Part shown: piece after piece, positions 17,005-25,420 of the stretch
Layout: every line of letters starts with the position of its first letter
How positions within the stretch are numbered: the stretch's first letter is position 1
DNA from: a virus
Taxonomy: Duplodnaviria; Caudoviricetes
Virus record (IMG/VR): IMGVR_UViG_3300022213_000006
Coordinates: 1-54,245 of that record
Strand: one strand, 5' to 3'
DNA length: 54,245 nucleotides
Position numbers and translations under genes: made by a program
The notes under the pieces: generated by a model
Told to the model about the DNA's origin: nothing
The model's database searches: none
The model's input: only the letters and a program-made list of their open reading frames with translations

Positions 17005-18277
17005 GCGGGCTTTGGTCATTGCCCCGCGTCTCGTCTGCGCCGACACCTGGCCAGGGGAGATCGAGAAGTGGTCCGACTTCAACGGCTTGCGGACCGTGTT
17101 TCTGCACGGCCCGAAGAAAGAGCAGCTTCTTGCTTCTGACGCGGACATCTTTCTGCTGAACCCAGAGGCAGTGGATTGGCTCGCTCAGAAAGACCATCTG
17201 GGGCGCCCGAAGCGGGAGTGGCCGGGTGGTTGGCCGGAGATGCTTGTTATAGACGAGAGCACCCGCTTCAAGCACGGGAACACGCAACGTTTCAAGACGC
17301 TGCGGAAGATCCTCGGACGCTTTGAACGAAGGTACATCCTCACAGGATCCCCTGCCCCGAATGGCTACGGCGATCTGTGGGGACAGATCTACCTACTCGA
17401 CTTCGGTGCGCGCCTCGGTGAGTACATCACTCGCTACCGAAACAAGTACTTCACGCAGAGCGCAGACGGGTACGGGTGGGTGCTTGCCAGCGATGAACAC
17501 GCGCACGCCATCGAAGATCAGATCAGCGACATCGTTCTTCGCCTAGCGGCCGAAGATTACCTCGACATGCCGCCATTGATCGAGAAGACGATCCCCGTTT
17601 CGTTGCCGCGCGAAGCGATGTTGGCCTACGAGCAAATGGAAGACAGCTTCGTACTGCAGATGCAGGAGGGTGAGATCTCCGCGGCGAATGCTGGTGTGCG
17701 TTCAGGGAAGCTTCGCCAGATCGCCAACGGTCGCGTGTACGTCTCAGACATCCCGGGTGTGCCCGCAGACCCGAAGAATCGAAAGTATGGCGTCGTTCAC
17801 AACGCCAAGATCGAGGCTCTCCTTGATCTGATCGAGGAGCTGCAAGGGCAGCCGCTGATGATCGCCTACGAGTTCGAGCACGATCTCCACGCGCTGCGGA
17901 GCGCGCTGGGCGATCACCTACCGATCCTGGGTCAGGGCGTGACAGACAAGCAGGCAAGGCAGATCGCGAGTGACTGGAATGCCGGAAAAATCCCCTTACT
18001 GCTCGCGCATCCGGCCTCAGCGGGGTGGGGTCTGAACCTCCAGAACGGGGGGCATCACCTCGCGTGGTTCTCCATTACCTGGAACCTTGAACACTACATG
18101 CAGCTGGTCGCCAGGCAGTGGCGGCAAGGCCAGAAGTTCCCGGTTTTCGTTTACCTCCTTGCAGCGCGTGGAACGGTGGACTATGACGTTATCGCCGCTC
18201 TAGAAACGAAAGATGCTACGCAGCGAGCACTTCTGGAGGCGCTGAAGAAACGCCGAAAAGAAAGGAAAAGGGGATGA
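16814..18277 (+). CDS. SNF2-family helicase
   Basis: DPGLGKT, VIDES, LTGSP, HPASAGWGLNLQ, RQGQ; probable GTG start inside the VRR-NUC gene. Confidence 0.93.
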   Translation: MLGKSSESSQWDAPRRWTPKPYHERAVQAMVSNPAYGLLLDPGLGKTAVTLAAFKLLKKAGIVRRALVIAPRLVCADTWPGEIEKWSDFNGLRTVFLHGPKKEQLLASDADIFLLNPEAVDWLAQKDHLGRPKREWPGGWPEMLVIDESTRFKHGNTQRFKTLRKILGRFERRYILTGSPAPNGYGDLWGQIYLLDFGARLGEYITRYRNKYFTQSADGYGWVLASDEHAHAIEDQISDIVLRLAAEDYLDMPPLIEKTIPVSLPREAMLAYEQMEDSFVLQMQEGEISAANAGVRSGKLRQIANGRVYVSDIPGVPADPKNRKYGVVHNAKIEALLDLIEELQGQPLMIAYEFEHDLHALRSALGDHLPILGQGVTDKQARQIASDWNAGKIPLLLAHPASAGWGLNLQNGGHHLAWFSITWNLEHYMQLVARQWRQGQKFPVFVYLLAARGTVDYDVIAALETKDATQRALLEALKKRRKERKRG

Positions 18278-18786
18278 CGGCCCTGACCCCGTACGATTGG
18301 AGTCGCATGTACCAAGAGCCCAACGTAGAAAAGTGGCATCGCAGGTTTCTCTCTCTGTGCCTCGAAGTCGCCAAGTGGTCGAAAGACCCGAGCACGAAGA
18401 CCGGCTGTCTCATCGTGGACGATCGTCGCCGTATCCTTTCCACGGGGTACAACGGGTTCGCTCGCGGCGTCGAAGACACACCGGAAAGGTACGAGAACCG
18501 TGAGTTGAAGTACGCCTTTGTGGTTCACGCGGACCTCAATGCGATCTATTCTGCCGCCGCGAACGGAGTGAGCGTCGACGGCTGCACGATGTACCTGACC
18601 GGACCTCCATGCGCGGAATGCTGTAAGGGGATCATCCAGGCGGGAATCAAGCAGGTGATTTGGCCGGAAGACAACCCGTTCGAAAAAGACGAGGCCACGC
18701 GGGCACGCTGGGCTGTCTCACTCGACAACTCGAACACGTTGTTGCGTGAGGGTGGAGTTCGGAGCTGGAGGATGCCCAGCGAATGA
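18274..18786 (+). CDS. dCMP deaminase family protein (HAD in place of HAE)
   Basis: SKDPSTKTG, GYNG, VVHADLNAI, PCAEC. Confidence 0.9.
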   Translation: MTALTPYDWSRMYQEPNVEKWHRRFLSLCLEVAKWSKDPSTKTGCLIVDDRRRILSTGYNGFARGVEDTPERYENRELKYAFVVHADLNAIYSAAANGVSVDGCTMYLTGPPCAECCKGIIQAGIKQVIWPEDNPFEKDEATRARWAVSLDNSNTLLREGGVRSWRMPSE

Positions 18787-19079
18787 CCCCCAAGCTCTAC
18801 AACATGCAGATCGCGAAGCTACGGAAGCAGTGCCGCCTACTGGCGCAGCAGCTGCTTCGAGAACGCGCGCGACTCGAGGAGTTGCTGGAAGCCCGCCCGG
18901 ACATGGGTGGCTATTCCTGGACGCCAGAAACTCGCGAAGACGTAGAGAGTCTGTCCGTGCTCCGCGACCGACTCGCGAAGATCCCCAATGAACGCGAGAT
19001 CGACGAGCAATGGCTTGCTGAGATCGAGAAGCTCGCGAACGATGTCCCAAAAAGCGTGAACAAAGGAGTACGCGCATGA
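18783..19079 (+). CDS. Hypothetical coiled-coil protein
   Basis: ATGA coupling at both ends. Confidence 0.65.
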   Translation: MTPKLYNMQIAKLRKQCRLLAQQLLRERARLEELLEARPDMGGYSWTPETREDVESLSVLRDRLAKIPNEREIDEQWLAEIEKLANDVPKSVNKGVRA

Positions 19080-19282
19080 CGGCAGGAGAGCGGTACGAGT
19101 ACGTGGAAGTCGAGGATGTGATTCGCTCGACGGACAAGGCTCTGTTGGTGAAGATCGATGGCGACGAGTACTGGTTGCCAAAGTCACAGGTGCTCAACGC
19201 GGACGAAGTAGACCCCGGAGTTTTCGGAACCCAGGAACTCGAGATCTCGCGCTGGTGGCTGAAAGAGCAGGGTCTCCTGTGA
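19076..19282 (+). CDS. Small conserved-type phage protein (TDKALL...WLPKSQ)
   Basis: AAGGAG RBS; motif. Confidence 0.75.
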   Translation: MTAGERYEYVEVEDVIRSTDKALLVKIDGDEYWLPKSQVLNADEVDPGVFGTQELEISRWWLKEQGLL

Positions 19283-20088
19283 GCGGCCCTCTACCGATTC
19301 GCGTCTACCTGATTGCGCGCACAGCGCTGACTCACGACTTCAATCACTGGCTGGCGAGCGAGCACGGGGTAGACCAAGAGAGTCTCGGTATGGATCGACA
19401 GTTCCCCGGGGCCAACCTCGTCGGAGCTGCCGCGAAGAATTGCTACCGCTCGTTCGAGCCCGGGTTGAATCCGAATGTCACCAAGGTTCGGCGCGACTGG
19501 GTTGACTATTTCGACCACGTCCTTTCCTCGGGCCATGGATCCGTGCTTGAGCACTCGACGTACAGCTTCGCGCTCGAAGGCGTGACTCGAGTCTTCACGG
19601 CGGAGATGAATCGGCACCGCGCCGGCTGGGCGATCAGTGAACGCTCGCTTCGATACTACCGATTGGACGATCTGAACTACTGGATGCCCGAGAGTCTTTA
19701 CCCCTTGGAGGACGACTCGCAGGATCTTCGTGAGCGCAAAGCTCGGACCGCGGAGATTCTGCGCGAGACGTTCGAACGAGCGGAGGAGACCTACCGCGAG
19801 CTGAACACGCTGTGGGAGATCGAGAAGCTTCCCTTCCACGAGAAGAAGAAGCTGACCTCGCTCTTCCGTCGCATCGTTCCCATGGGCGTCTCCACGGCTG
19901 GAGTTTGGACCGGAAACGCCCGGGCGCTCAGACACGTGATCGCCACGCGCGCCGTACCCGAGGCGGAGGAAGAGATCGCCGTGGTGTTCTCTCAGATTGG
20001 GAAGATCATGGTGGAGCAGGAGCCCCTTCTCTTCGGGGATTTCAGCGAAGAGAATGGTTACTACACCCCCAAGTACAGAAAGGTCTGA
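19279..20088 (+). CDS. thyX: Flavin-dependent thymidylate synthase
   Basis: GHGSVLEH, RHR-x7-S (RHRAGWAISERSLRY), NARALRH, AEEEI. Confidence 0.95.
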   Translation: MSGPLPIRVYLIARTALTHDFNHWLASEHGVDQESLGMDRQFPGANLVGAAAKNCYRSFEPGLNPNVTKVRRDWVDYFDHVLSSGHGSVLEHSTYSFALEGVTRVFTAEMNRHRAGWAISERSLRYYRLDDLNYWMPESLYPLEDDSQDLRERKARTAEILRETFERAEETYRELNTLWEIEKLPFHEKKKLTSLFRRIVPMGVSTAGVWTGNARALRHVIATRAVPEAEEEIAVVFSQIGKIMVEQEPLLFGDFSEENGYYTPKYRKV

Positions 20089-20092
20089 CCTA

Positions 20093-20632
20093 TTGGACGC
20101 AATGATCGACATTGAGACCCTGGCAACGAGTGAGAGAGCCGTCGTTCTATCCATCGGCGCTTGTCAATTCTCGCTGGCGGAAGCTCGGATCGTGGAGAGC
20201 AACTGCTTCTACGTCACTTTGGGTGCGGAGTCGCAGAAGAACCGTGAGATCGACCCCAGCACGGTGATTTGGTGGATGCGCCAAGACTCTCGTGCGCGGG
20301 AGGAGTGGATCGACTCGAAGAAACCGCTGGCCAATGGCCTCGCGGAGCTTTCCGGGTGGCTGCAACTCAACAAGGTCTCCGCGGTCTGGGCGAATAGCCC
20401 GACCTTTGATCTTACGATCCTTCGGCATGCGTACGTATCGATGGGATTCCCGGTGCCCTGGCACTTCCGCGACGAGCGCGACGTTCGAACACTCGTGCAA
20501 ATGGGCAAGCTTGCCGGAGTCAAGAAAGTCTCGGACGCGGAGCGTCGAGGCGTCGCGCACAATGCCTTAGACGATGCGAAGCATCAGGCGTCCTACTGCA
20601 TCGAGCTGTGGCGCGCTCTTAGGAGGAGCTGA
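20093..20632 (+). CDS. DEDDh 3'-5' exonuclease (Rv2179c-like)
   Basis: MIDIETL, WANSPTFD, RDVRT, HNALDDAKHQ. Confidence 0.9.
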   Translation: MDAMIDIETLATSERAVVLSIGACQFSLAEARIVESNCFYVTLGAESQKNREIDPSTVIWWMRQDSRAREEWIDSKKPLANGLAELSGWLQLNKVSAVWANSPTFDLTILRHAYVSMGFPVPWHFRDERDVRTLVQMGKLAGVKKVSDAERRGVAHNALDDAKHQASYCIELWRALRRS

Positions 20633-20635
20633 TCC

Positions 20636-21064
20636 GTGAGCACCAAAGAAACGAACCCGAAAGACTCGGTCGGGGTAAAGAAGGCCCCCATGTCCACGGT
20701 CTCGAGTCTCGTCCTTGCCGAGCTTGGCGTGGCGATGCTGGAGGGGGCGCGAAAATATGGGCGCCACAATTATCGCGTCTCGGGCGTCCGAGCTTCGGTG
20801 TACAAGGACGCCCTCGACCGTCACATGACAGCGTGGTGGGAGGGAGAAGACCTAGATCCCGACTCGGGGCTCAGCCATGTCACCAAAGCCATCGCATCTC
20901 TGTTCGTGCTTCGAGACGCGATGATCTGCGAGATGATGGAAGACGATCGACCTCCACGCGGAGCACCTGCCGGCTGGTTATCCGAACTGAACAAGAAAGC
21001 CGCTGAGATCATTGATCGCTACCCGGACGCCAAAGAGGCGTTCACGGAGAAAGGCAGGGTATGA
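20636..21064 (+). CDS. dATP/dGTP diphosphohydrolase domain protein (DUF5664-like)
   Basis: TNPKD..G.KK.P, GARKYGRHNY, RH..AWWEGEDLDPDSGLSH. Confidence 0.85.
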   Translation: MSTKETNPKDSVGVKKAPMSTVSSLVLAELGVAMLEGARKYGRHNYRVSGVRASVYKDALDRHMTAWWEGEDLDPDSGLSHVTKAIASLFVLRDAMICEMMEDDRPPRGAPAGWLSELNKKAAEIIDRYPDAKEAFTEKGRV

Positions 21065-21360
21065 GAGCACGAACGGAACGTCGTTTGCGGGAGAGACTCG
21101 CAGCGGCTCAAACCAAGAGAAACGGAGACAACATGCCCCCTTCGCAACCCATGAGCGAGTACATCTCGGGAGAGATTATCTTCACGCAGGGAGACTCTCT
21201 CATTGTCGGTCGCTGTACGATGCAGCAACTGGCCGTCGACGGCGACATTATGGTTGTCTTGATCGAGAAACTTGCTCCCGAAGTGACCCACGTATTCCTC
21301 ATGAGCAGGGTGGAACGACTTAAGCTCGTTGCCTCTGCTATCGAAAGGGTTGGTCTATGA
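21061..21360 (+). CDS. Hypothetical protein
   Basis: ATGA coupling at both ends. Confidence 0.6.
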   Translation: MRARTERRLRERLAAAQTKRNGDNMPPSQPMSEYISGEIIFTQGDSLIVGRCTMQQLAVDGDIMVVLIEKLAPEVTHVFLMSRVERLKLVASAIERVGL

Positions 21361-21698
21361 TCGACCCTGACTACTACGGTGACGTGGTTCGTCGCGTGAA
21401 GAATGCAGGCATCTCGATTCCCAAGACTCCTGGTCTTGCATCAGAGCATCTTCGTGCGTCGATCTCGGAGACGCTGATCGAAGACGCCACGTTTCTGCGA
21501 GGCAACATCGACGTTGTCGAGTACGCCATACTGATCATGTCGTCAGTGAATGCGCTGCTCTTTCTCGCTGCTTGCTCTGGGCTTCCCTTCGACCGAGTGT
21601 GGGAGGTCGGGGAGAATCACCTGAGGAAGGTTACCGTGGACGCCCAAGATACGGCGTTGTTTCGCGCGCAGCTGGAGCAGGTGCTTGGACTTTCTTGA
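21357..21698 (+). CDS. Hypothetical protein, possibly a degenerate MazG/PRA-PH-like fold
   Basis: DVVEYA...GLPFDRVWEV spacing recalls phage MazG-like proteins but the acidic metal ligands are missing. Confidence 0.4.
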   Translation: MIDPDYYGDVVRRVKNAGISIPKTPGLASEHLRASISETLIEDATFLRGNIDVVEYAILIMSSVNALLFLAACSGLPFDRVWEVGENHLRKVTVDAQDTALFRAQLEQVLGLS

Positions 21699-22161
21699 GC
21701 TACCAGAGTCCCAGATCGCTGCACGTTTCCCGGTAACCGCAGCGCACACAAATGAGCTTGCAGTTCTGACCAATCATCTGCGCACCGCAACACAGGCAGA
21801 TGTACTGCATCGAGTACTTGCTCGCGCGCAGGTCGACAGCATCAATGGTTGCTGGACGTGGCTCGGAGCTCGAGCCGGTGGAAATCGCGGTTGGGACAAA
21901 GGCGGGGGGTATGGTCGCATTCGCAACAACGACGGGCATCACGTATACGTACATCGATTGATCTTGGAGCTTGTGCGACGGAGTCCCCCAGACTGGATCC
22001 TTCCCCACGAGCTTGTCGTGCATCACATGTGCCTCAATCGGCTGTGTTTCAATCCGCTCCACGTAGCGTGGACCAGCGTTTCAGAAAATGCGCGTGAAGC
22101 AACGGGGGTGCGGTTGTCATCGCCGCTGCGCCTTGCGGACGAGCACGAACCAGTGTGGTGA
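21685..22161 (+). CDS. HNH endonuclease
   Basis: GCWTW.G, GYGRI, VHRL, VHHMC.NR.CFNP.H......EN. Confidence 0.9.
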   Translation: MDFLELPESQIAARFPVTAAHTNELAVLTNHLRTATQADVLHRVLARAQVDSINGCWTWLGARAGGNRGWDKGGGYGRIRNNDGHHVYVHRLILELVRRSPPDWILPHELVVHHMCLNRLCFNPLHVAWTSVSENAREATGVRLSSPLRLADEHEPVW

Positions 22162-22162
22162 C

Positions 22163-22202
22163 GCCGGGGCCCGCGGGGAGGAGTACCCGCGAACCCCGGC
22201 GC
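22163..22202. terminator. GC-rich hairpin at the convergence of the two arms
   Basis: CGCCGGGG..CGCGGG-loop-CCCGCG..CCCCGGCG; no U tract. Confidence 0.5.
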
Positions 22203-22240
22203 CGATCGCTGCGCAACCCAGCCCCAAGGCGCGCGCGACC

Positions 22241-22474
22241 CTACCCCTGAGCCGCCGCGGCTTTCCGCCGGGTGACCTCATCGGCCGATCGCTTGGCGAG
22301 CATCCGATTCATGTCGAGGAGGGCCAGGAACTCATCGGGCGTGGGGTCGCGCCCCTCTTTGAGCAGGGACTCCACGATGTCGCGGGTTCGCTGGAAGTGC
22401 GCGACCTCTTCGCCTACGAGGCCAACGAGCGAAGCGAGTCCGTCGATCAGCTGGACGATGGCCAGGATGCCCAT
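22241..22474 (-). CDS. Hypothetical protein (lysis region)
   Basis: GGAGG RBS; last gene of late arm. Confidence 0.7.
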   Translation of the reverse strand: MGILAIVQLIDGLASLVGLVGEEVAHFQRTRDIVESLLKEGRDPTPDEFLALLDMNRMLAKRSADEVTRRKAAAAQG

Positions 22475-22477
22475 GGC

Positions 22478-22858
22478 TCAGCCCTCCGCCTTGGCCCGCG
22501 CAGCACGGGCCTCCAGCTCGCGCGCGAGGCGTCGAAGGGACGCTGACGCGGCGGCGTAGTCGAATGTCGCTCCTGTGGCGGTTCTGGAAGCTTCAACCAC
22601 CTCCACGGCGGCCACTGTCTCCTGCACCACCTTGTCGATGGCGAAGGCGACTCGATCCGGGGTGCTCGGATTGGTGACGACAGCCACCTGAGCGATTAGC
22701 GCCGCCTGAATGTCCAGCAGAGCCCCGTAGTAGAGCTGCTGCTGGGTCGCCTCGCCCGAGCGCGCCAGTTGCGACGTGGCGCAGCCCGTGGTCGTCGCCA
22801 GGGCGGGGACCAAGGCCAGGGAGATCAAGAACGCGAGCGCGTGGGGCTTGAGGCGCAT
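22478..22858 (-). CDS. Putative lipoprotein (lysis region)
   Basis: Basic N terminus, hydrophobic core, TTGC lipobox-like motif. Confidence 0.7.
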   Translation of the reverse strand: MRLKPHALAFLISLALVPALATTTGCATSQLARSGEATQQQLYYGALLDIQAALIAQVAVVTNPSTPDRVAFAIDKVVQETVAAVEVVEASRTATGATFDYAAASASLRRLARELEARAARAKAEG

Positions 22859-23088
22859 CAGGCAAGCGCCCGGCGCAGCCCCAGGACCGCGAGGATCTGA
22901 CCAACCAGGGATACGAGGTTCACGCTCTGCTGCGCGAGGTCGCTGCCCTGCGCGGCTGCTTGCTGACCCATAGCGGTGAGCCCAGCCGGAAGAAGCCCGT
23001 TGGCCTCAGCCACCTGCCCGAAGGCCAGGAGTGCGAGGCCCCACGCGGTCATCGACTTGTAGACGGGCTTGTCTTTGAGAAGCGTCAT
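22858..23088 (-). CDS. Putative holin
   Basis: KPVYKSMTAWG N terminus, two hydrophobic segments, GLRRA tail; AGGAG RBS. Confidence 0.7.
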   Translation of the reverse strand: MTLLKDKPVYKSMTAWGLALLAFGQVAEANGLLPAGLTAMGQQAAAQGSDLAQQSVNLVSLVGQILAVLGLRRALA

Positions 23089-23165
23089 GAGTGAACTCCT
23101 GCCTCTCGAGAGTGAGAGGATGCTTTGGGTGGCGTCTGAAAATAGCGCGCTTCCAGAAAGCAGTC

Positions 23166-23555
23166 CTACCGGCTAGCTCGGCGTTCTAAGAGCACTAGCT
23201 GCTCCAGCACGGCGATCATCTTGTCGAGCTTCTCGTTCTGTTTCCGCTCCGCCTCAGCATGCTCGCGCATCGAACGCATGTGCTCGCGCGGCAAGGGCGT
23301 CCCCGTCACAGCGTCGATCGGGGCCATGCCGGCATGAATCTCTGAGGTCTGCTGAGCCAGTGCCATGAACGCTTGCCGAGATTCCTGATCCATGTCCTGG
23401 GGTCGAGTGGGGAGTGGTGCGGGCTGTACGACGCCCAACCGAATGCCCATCTCGATCAGCGCGTACAGCGTCCCGATCGTCACGGCGGTGCCCAGCCCTG
23501 CCTTTTTCAGCTTCGCAGGGGCGTCTTCCCCGAAAACCGACAAATCAGCACCCAT
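23166..23555 (-). CDS. Membrane-anchored hypothetical protein
   Basis: One hydrophobic helix then coiled coil. Confidence 0.65.
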   Translation of the reverse strand: MGADLSVFGEDAPAKLKKAGLGTAVTIGTLYALIEMGIRLGVVQPAPLPTRPQDMDQESRQAFMALAQQTSEIHAGMAPIDAVTGTPLPREHMRSMREHAEAERKQNEKLDKMIAVLEQLVLLERRASR

Positions 23556-23629
23556 GATCCAGCGCCTCCCAGGCAATTAAAAAGACCCTTAACAAGTACC
23601 GTGTTCTGCGTTTCGTGACATCATTTACC

Positions 23630-24922
23630 CTAGTCGATCTTCTGGATCAGGAACCGAGCTTCTTCGATGTCAACGTTGCCACCGCTCGACTGCGTGACGC
23701 GGACTTTCAACACGTCCGTGGCAACGAGGGAGACACTGGCTACGAGGTTTCCCGCGAAGCTCTCGCCGTTGGCCACGGTGCGCTGGATGAACTCCGGGAT
23801 CGCCGTGCCGTTCTTCGTGACTTCGATCAAGAGCGGCATGCTCGCGCCGGGCGAAGCCATGTCGATGAAGGCCGCGACGAGATACTCCCCGTCCCCGTCT
23901 GTGGGACAGGTGAAGGACTCTCGGACGCTGAGCGTTCCACTCGCGTGGTCGTGCCACGTTCCCACGTCGAAGAGATCTGCTGCATCAAAATCCACGAAGG
24001 TGGCAGTCGCCGTCGCTAGAGACTGCGTCGCAGTTCGTGCGCCTTTGACTCGGGCTTGCTTCGGGAGATCGACAAACCCAGACCCGTCGACGAAGACAGC
24101 AGCGGATCCAGCGTTTGAGATGCCGAAGGTGTTGTTGCCATTTCGGTAAATGCCCGTGTCGGTGTCCAGGCGGAACACGAAGTCAGGCAGCGACGCCGAC
24201 CCGTCGTTCACTGCCATCGGGCCGATGGCATTGCCGACGCCGTCTGAGACAAAGCCTGAAACCAGGCGCTCAATCGCCACGAGACGATCGGTGAAGTTCT
24301 TGTGCGTACGCGCGGTCCACGTCGGGGACTGCACGGGCCGGACGAGCATCCGCTCGTACTCATCCCCGTCAAAGAACACCGCTTGGTACGGGGTCGTCGT
24401 GGGGTCGTAGTTGACGACAGCGGTGTACGCGGAGCCGTTCCACGTTGCCGTACCGACATCGTGTAGTCGCTGGCCGGCCAGGGTCTCGACGTAGATCGTC
24501 CCGTTGATGTCGATGGCCACGTACCGAGTGCCCGCACCGCCAGAACCAGCCATCGTGGCGCCGCCGGATCCGTTCTTGATCGGGGCGCCCGAACTCAAGA
24601 ACGTGCCGCCCGTGATCACTAGGTTCGAGGTCGGGGAACCAATGGAAATACGGAAACTGTCTGCACCGACGCGACCGGTGGTAGCGACGCCTCCTGCCCG
24701 CGTCGGATCGTTGAACACCGCTTGCTCGATTCCGACTGCAGAAGCTGCCCCCTGAACCGCTGCGACCTCGTCGATGATCGCGTTGATCGTATTTCGCAGC
24801 GTCGTGAAGTTGGTGTCGAAGTCCGTCGCATACTGCGTGTACGGTGGAGTTCGAAGACCGCTCTGACCACCTGCGAAGTTGACAAGGTAGGTGGTGAGGG
24901 AGATCTGGATCTTGGTTGCCAT
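23630..24922 (-). CDS. Tail fibre / receptor-binding protein
   Basis: DGSASLP.F.F..DTDTGIY fibre motif; C1q/TNF-like beta C terminus; end of tail module. Confidence 0.75.
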   Translation of the reverse strand: MATKIQISLTTYLVNFAGGQSGLRTPPYTQYATDFDTNFTTLRNTINAIIDEVAAVQGAASAVGIEQAVFNDPTRAGGVATTGRVGADSFRISIGSPTSNLVITGGTFLSSGAPIKNGSGGATMAGSGGAGTRYVAIDINGTIYVETLAGQRLHDVGTATWNGSAYTAVVNYDPTTTPYQAVFFDGDEYERMLVRPVQSPTWTARTHKNFTDRLVAIERLVSGFVSDGVGNAIGPMAVNDGSASLPDFVFRLDTDTGIYRNGNNTFGISNAGSAAVFVDGSGFVDLPKQARVKGARTATQSLATATATFVDFDAADLFDVGTWHDHASGTLSVRESFTCPTDGDGEYLVAAFIDMASPGASMPLLIEVTKNGTAIPEFIQRTVANGESFAGNLVASVSLVATDVLKVRVTQSSGGNVDIEEARFLIQKID

Positions 24923-24937
24923 CGATGTGTCCTCTGC

Positions 24938-25420
24938 TTACGGAACCGGAACCCCGTAGGCGTTCAGGATTCTCGAGTAGTTGAACGGTGTCGTTCCGTT
25001 ATTGAAGATGACGCCGAGCGTCGCACCCGCAGCGAGAGTGGCGTAATAACTGAAAGGGACAAGCTCCGTGGTGAACCCGCTTAGAATCGGAGTCCCACCC
25101 CCGGTGTTTCCGAACGTGTACAGGATCTTGGAGTTGATCCCTGCCACGCGCTCGCCGGGCCCGATCACTTCGACGCGTCCGCGCGCTGTGCGTCGCAGCG
25201 TCACCGGAAGACCAATCTGGGCGTAGAAGTGGTCTCGTCCGCTCGACTTCACGGGGACGTCTCTCAGGATCTTCCCCACCCCGATATCGACATCCACCAC
25301 CCACACGCCCGAGACGTTCCCATCCATGTTGAACAGCACCGGGTTGGACAGGCACACTCCAGGCAGAGTGTCCTTGGTCGTTCTGATTTCACGCGAGATC
25401 AAACGCTTGAGAGTGCTCAT
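24938..25420 (-). CDS. Tail tip protein
   Basis: Position; ATGA coupling. Confidence 0.65.
   Translation of the reverse strand: MSTLKRLISREIRTTKDTLPGVCLSNPVLFNMDGNVSGVWVVDVDIGVGKILRDVPVKSSGRDHFYAQIGLPVTLRRTARGRVEVIGPGERVAGINSKILYTFGNTGGGTPILSGFTTELVPFSYYATLAAGATLGVIFNNGTTPFNYSRILNAYGVPVP

Noticed and set aside
20636-21064. 2-aminoadenine (Z) genome pathway
   Set aside because: No PurZ-like synthetase or HD-domain dATPase in the window; the diphosphohydrolase alone is insufficient
23630-24922. Diversity-generating retroelement target
   Set aside because: No reverse transcriptase and no template-repeat copy of the fibre 3' end noticed
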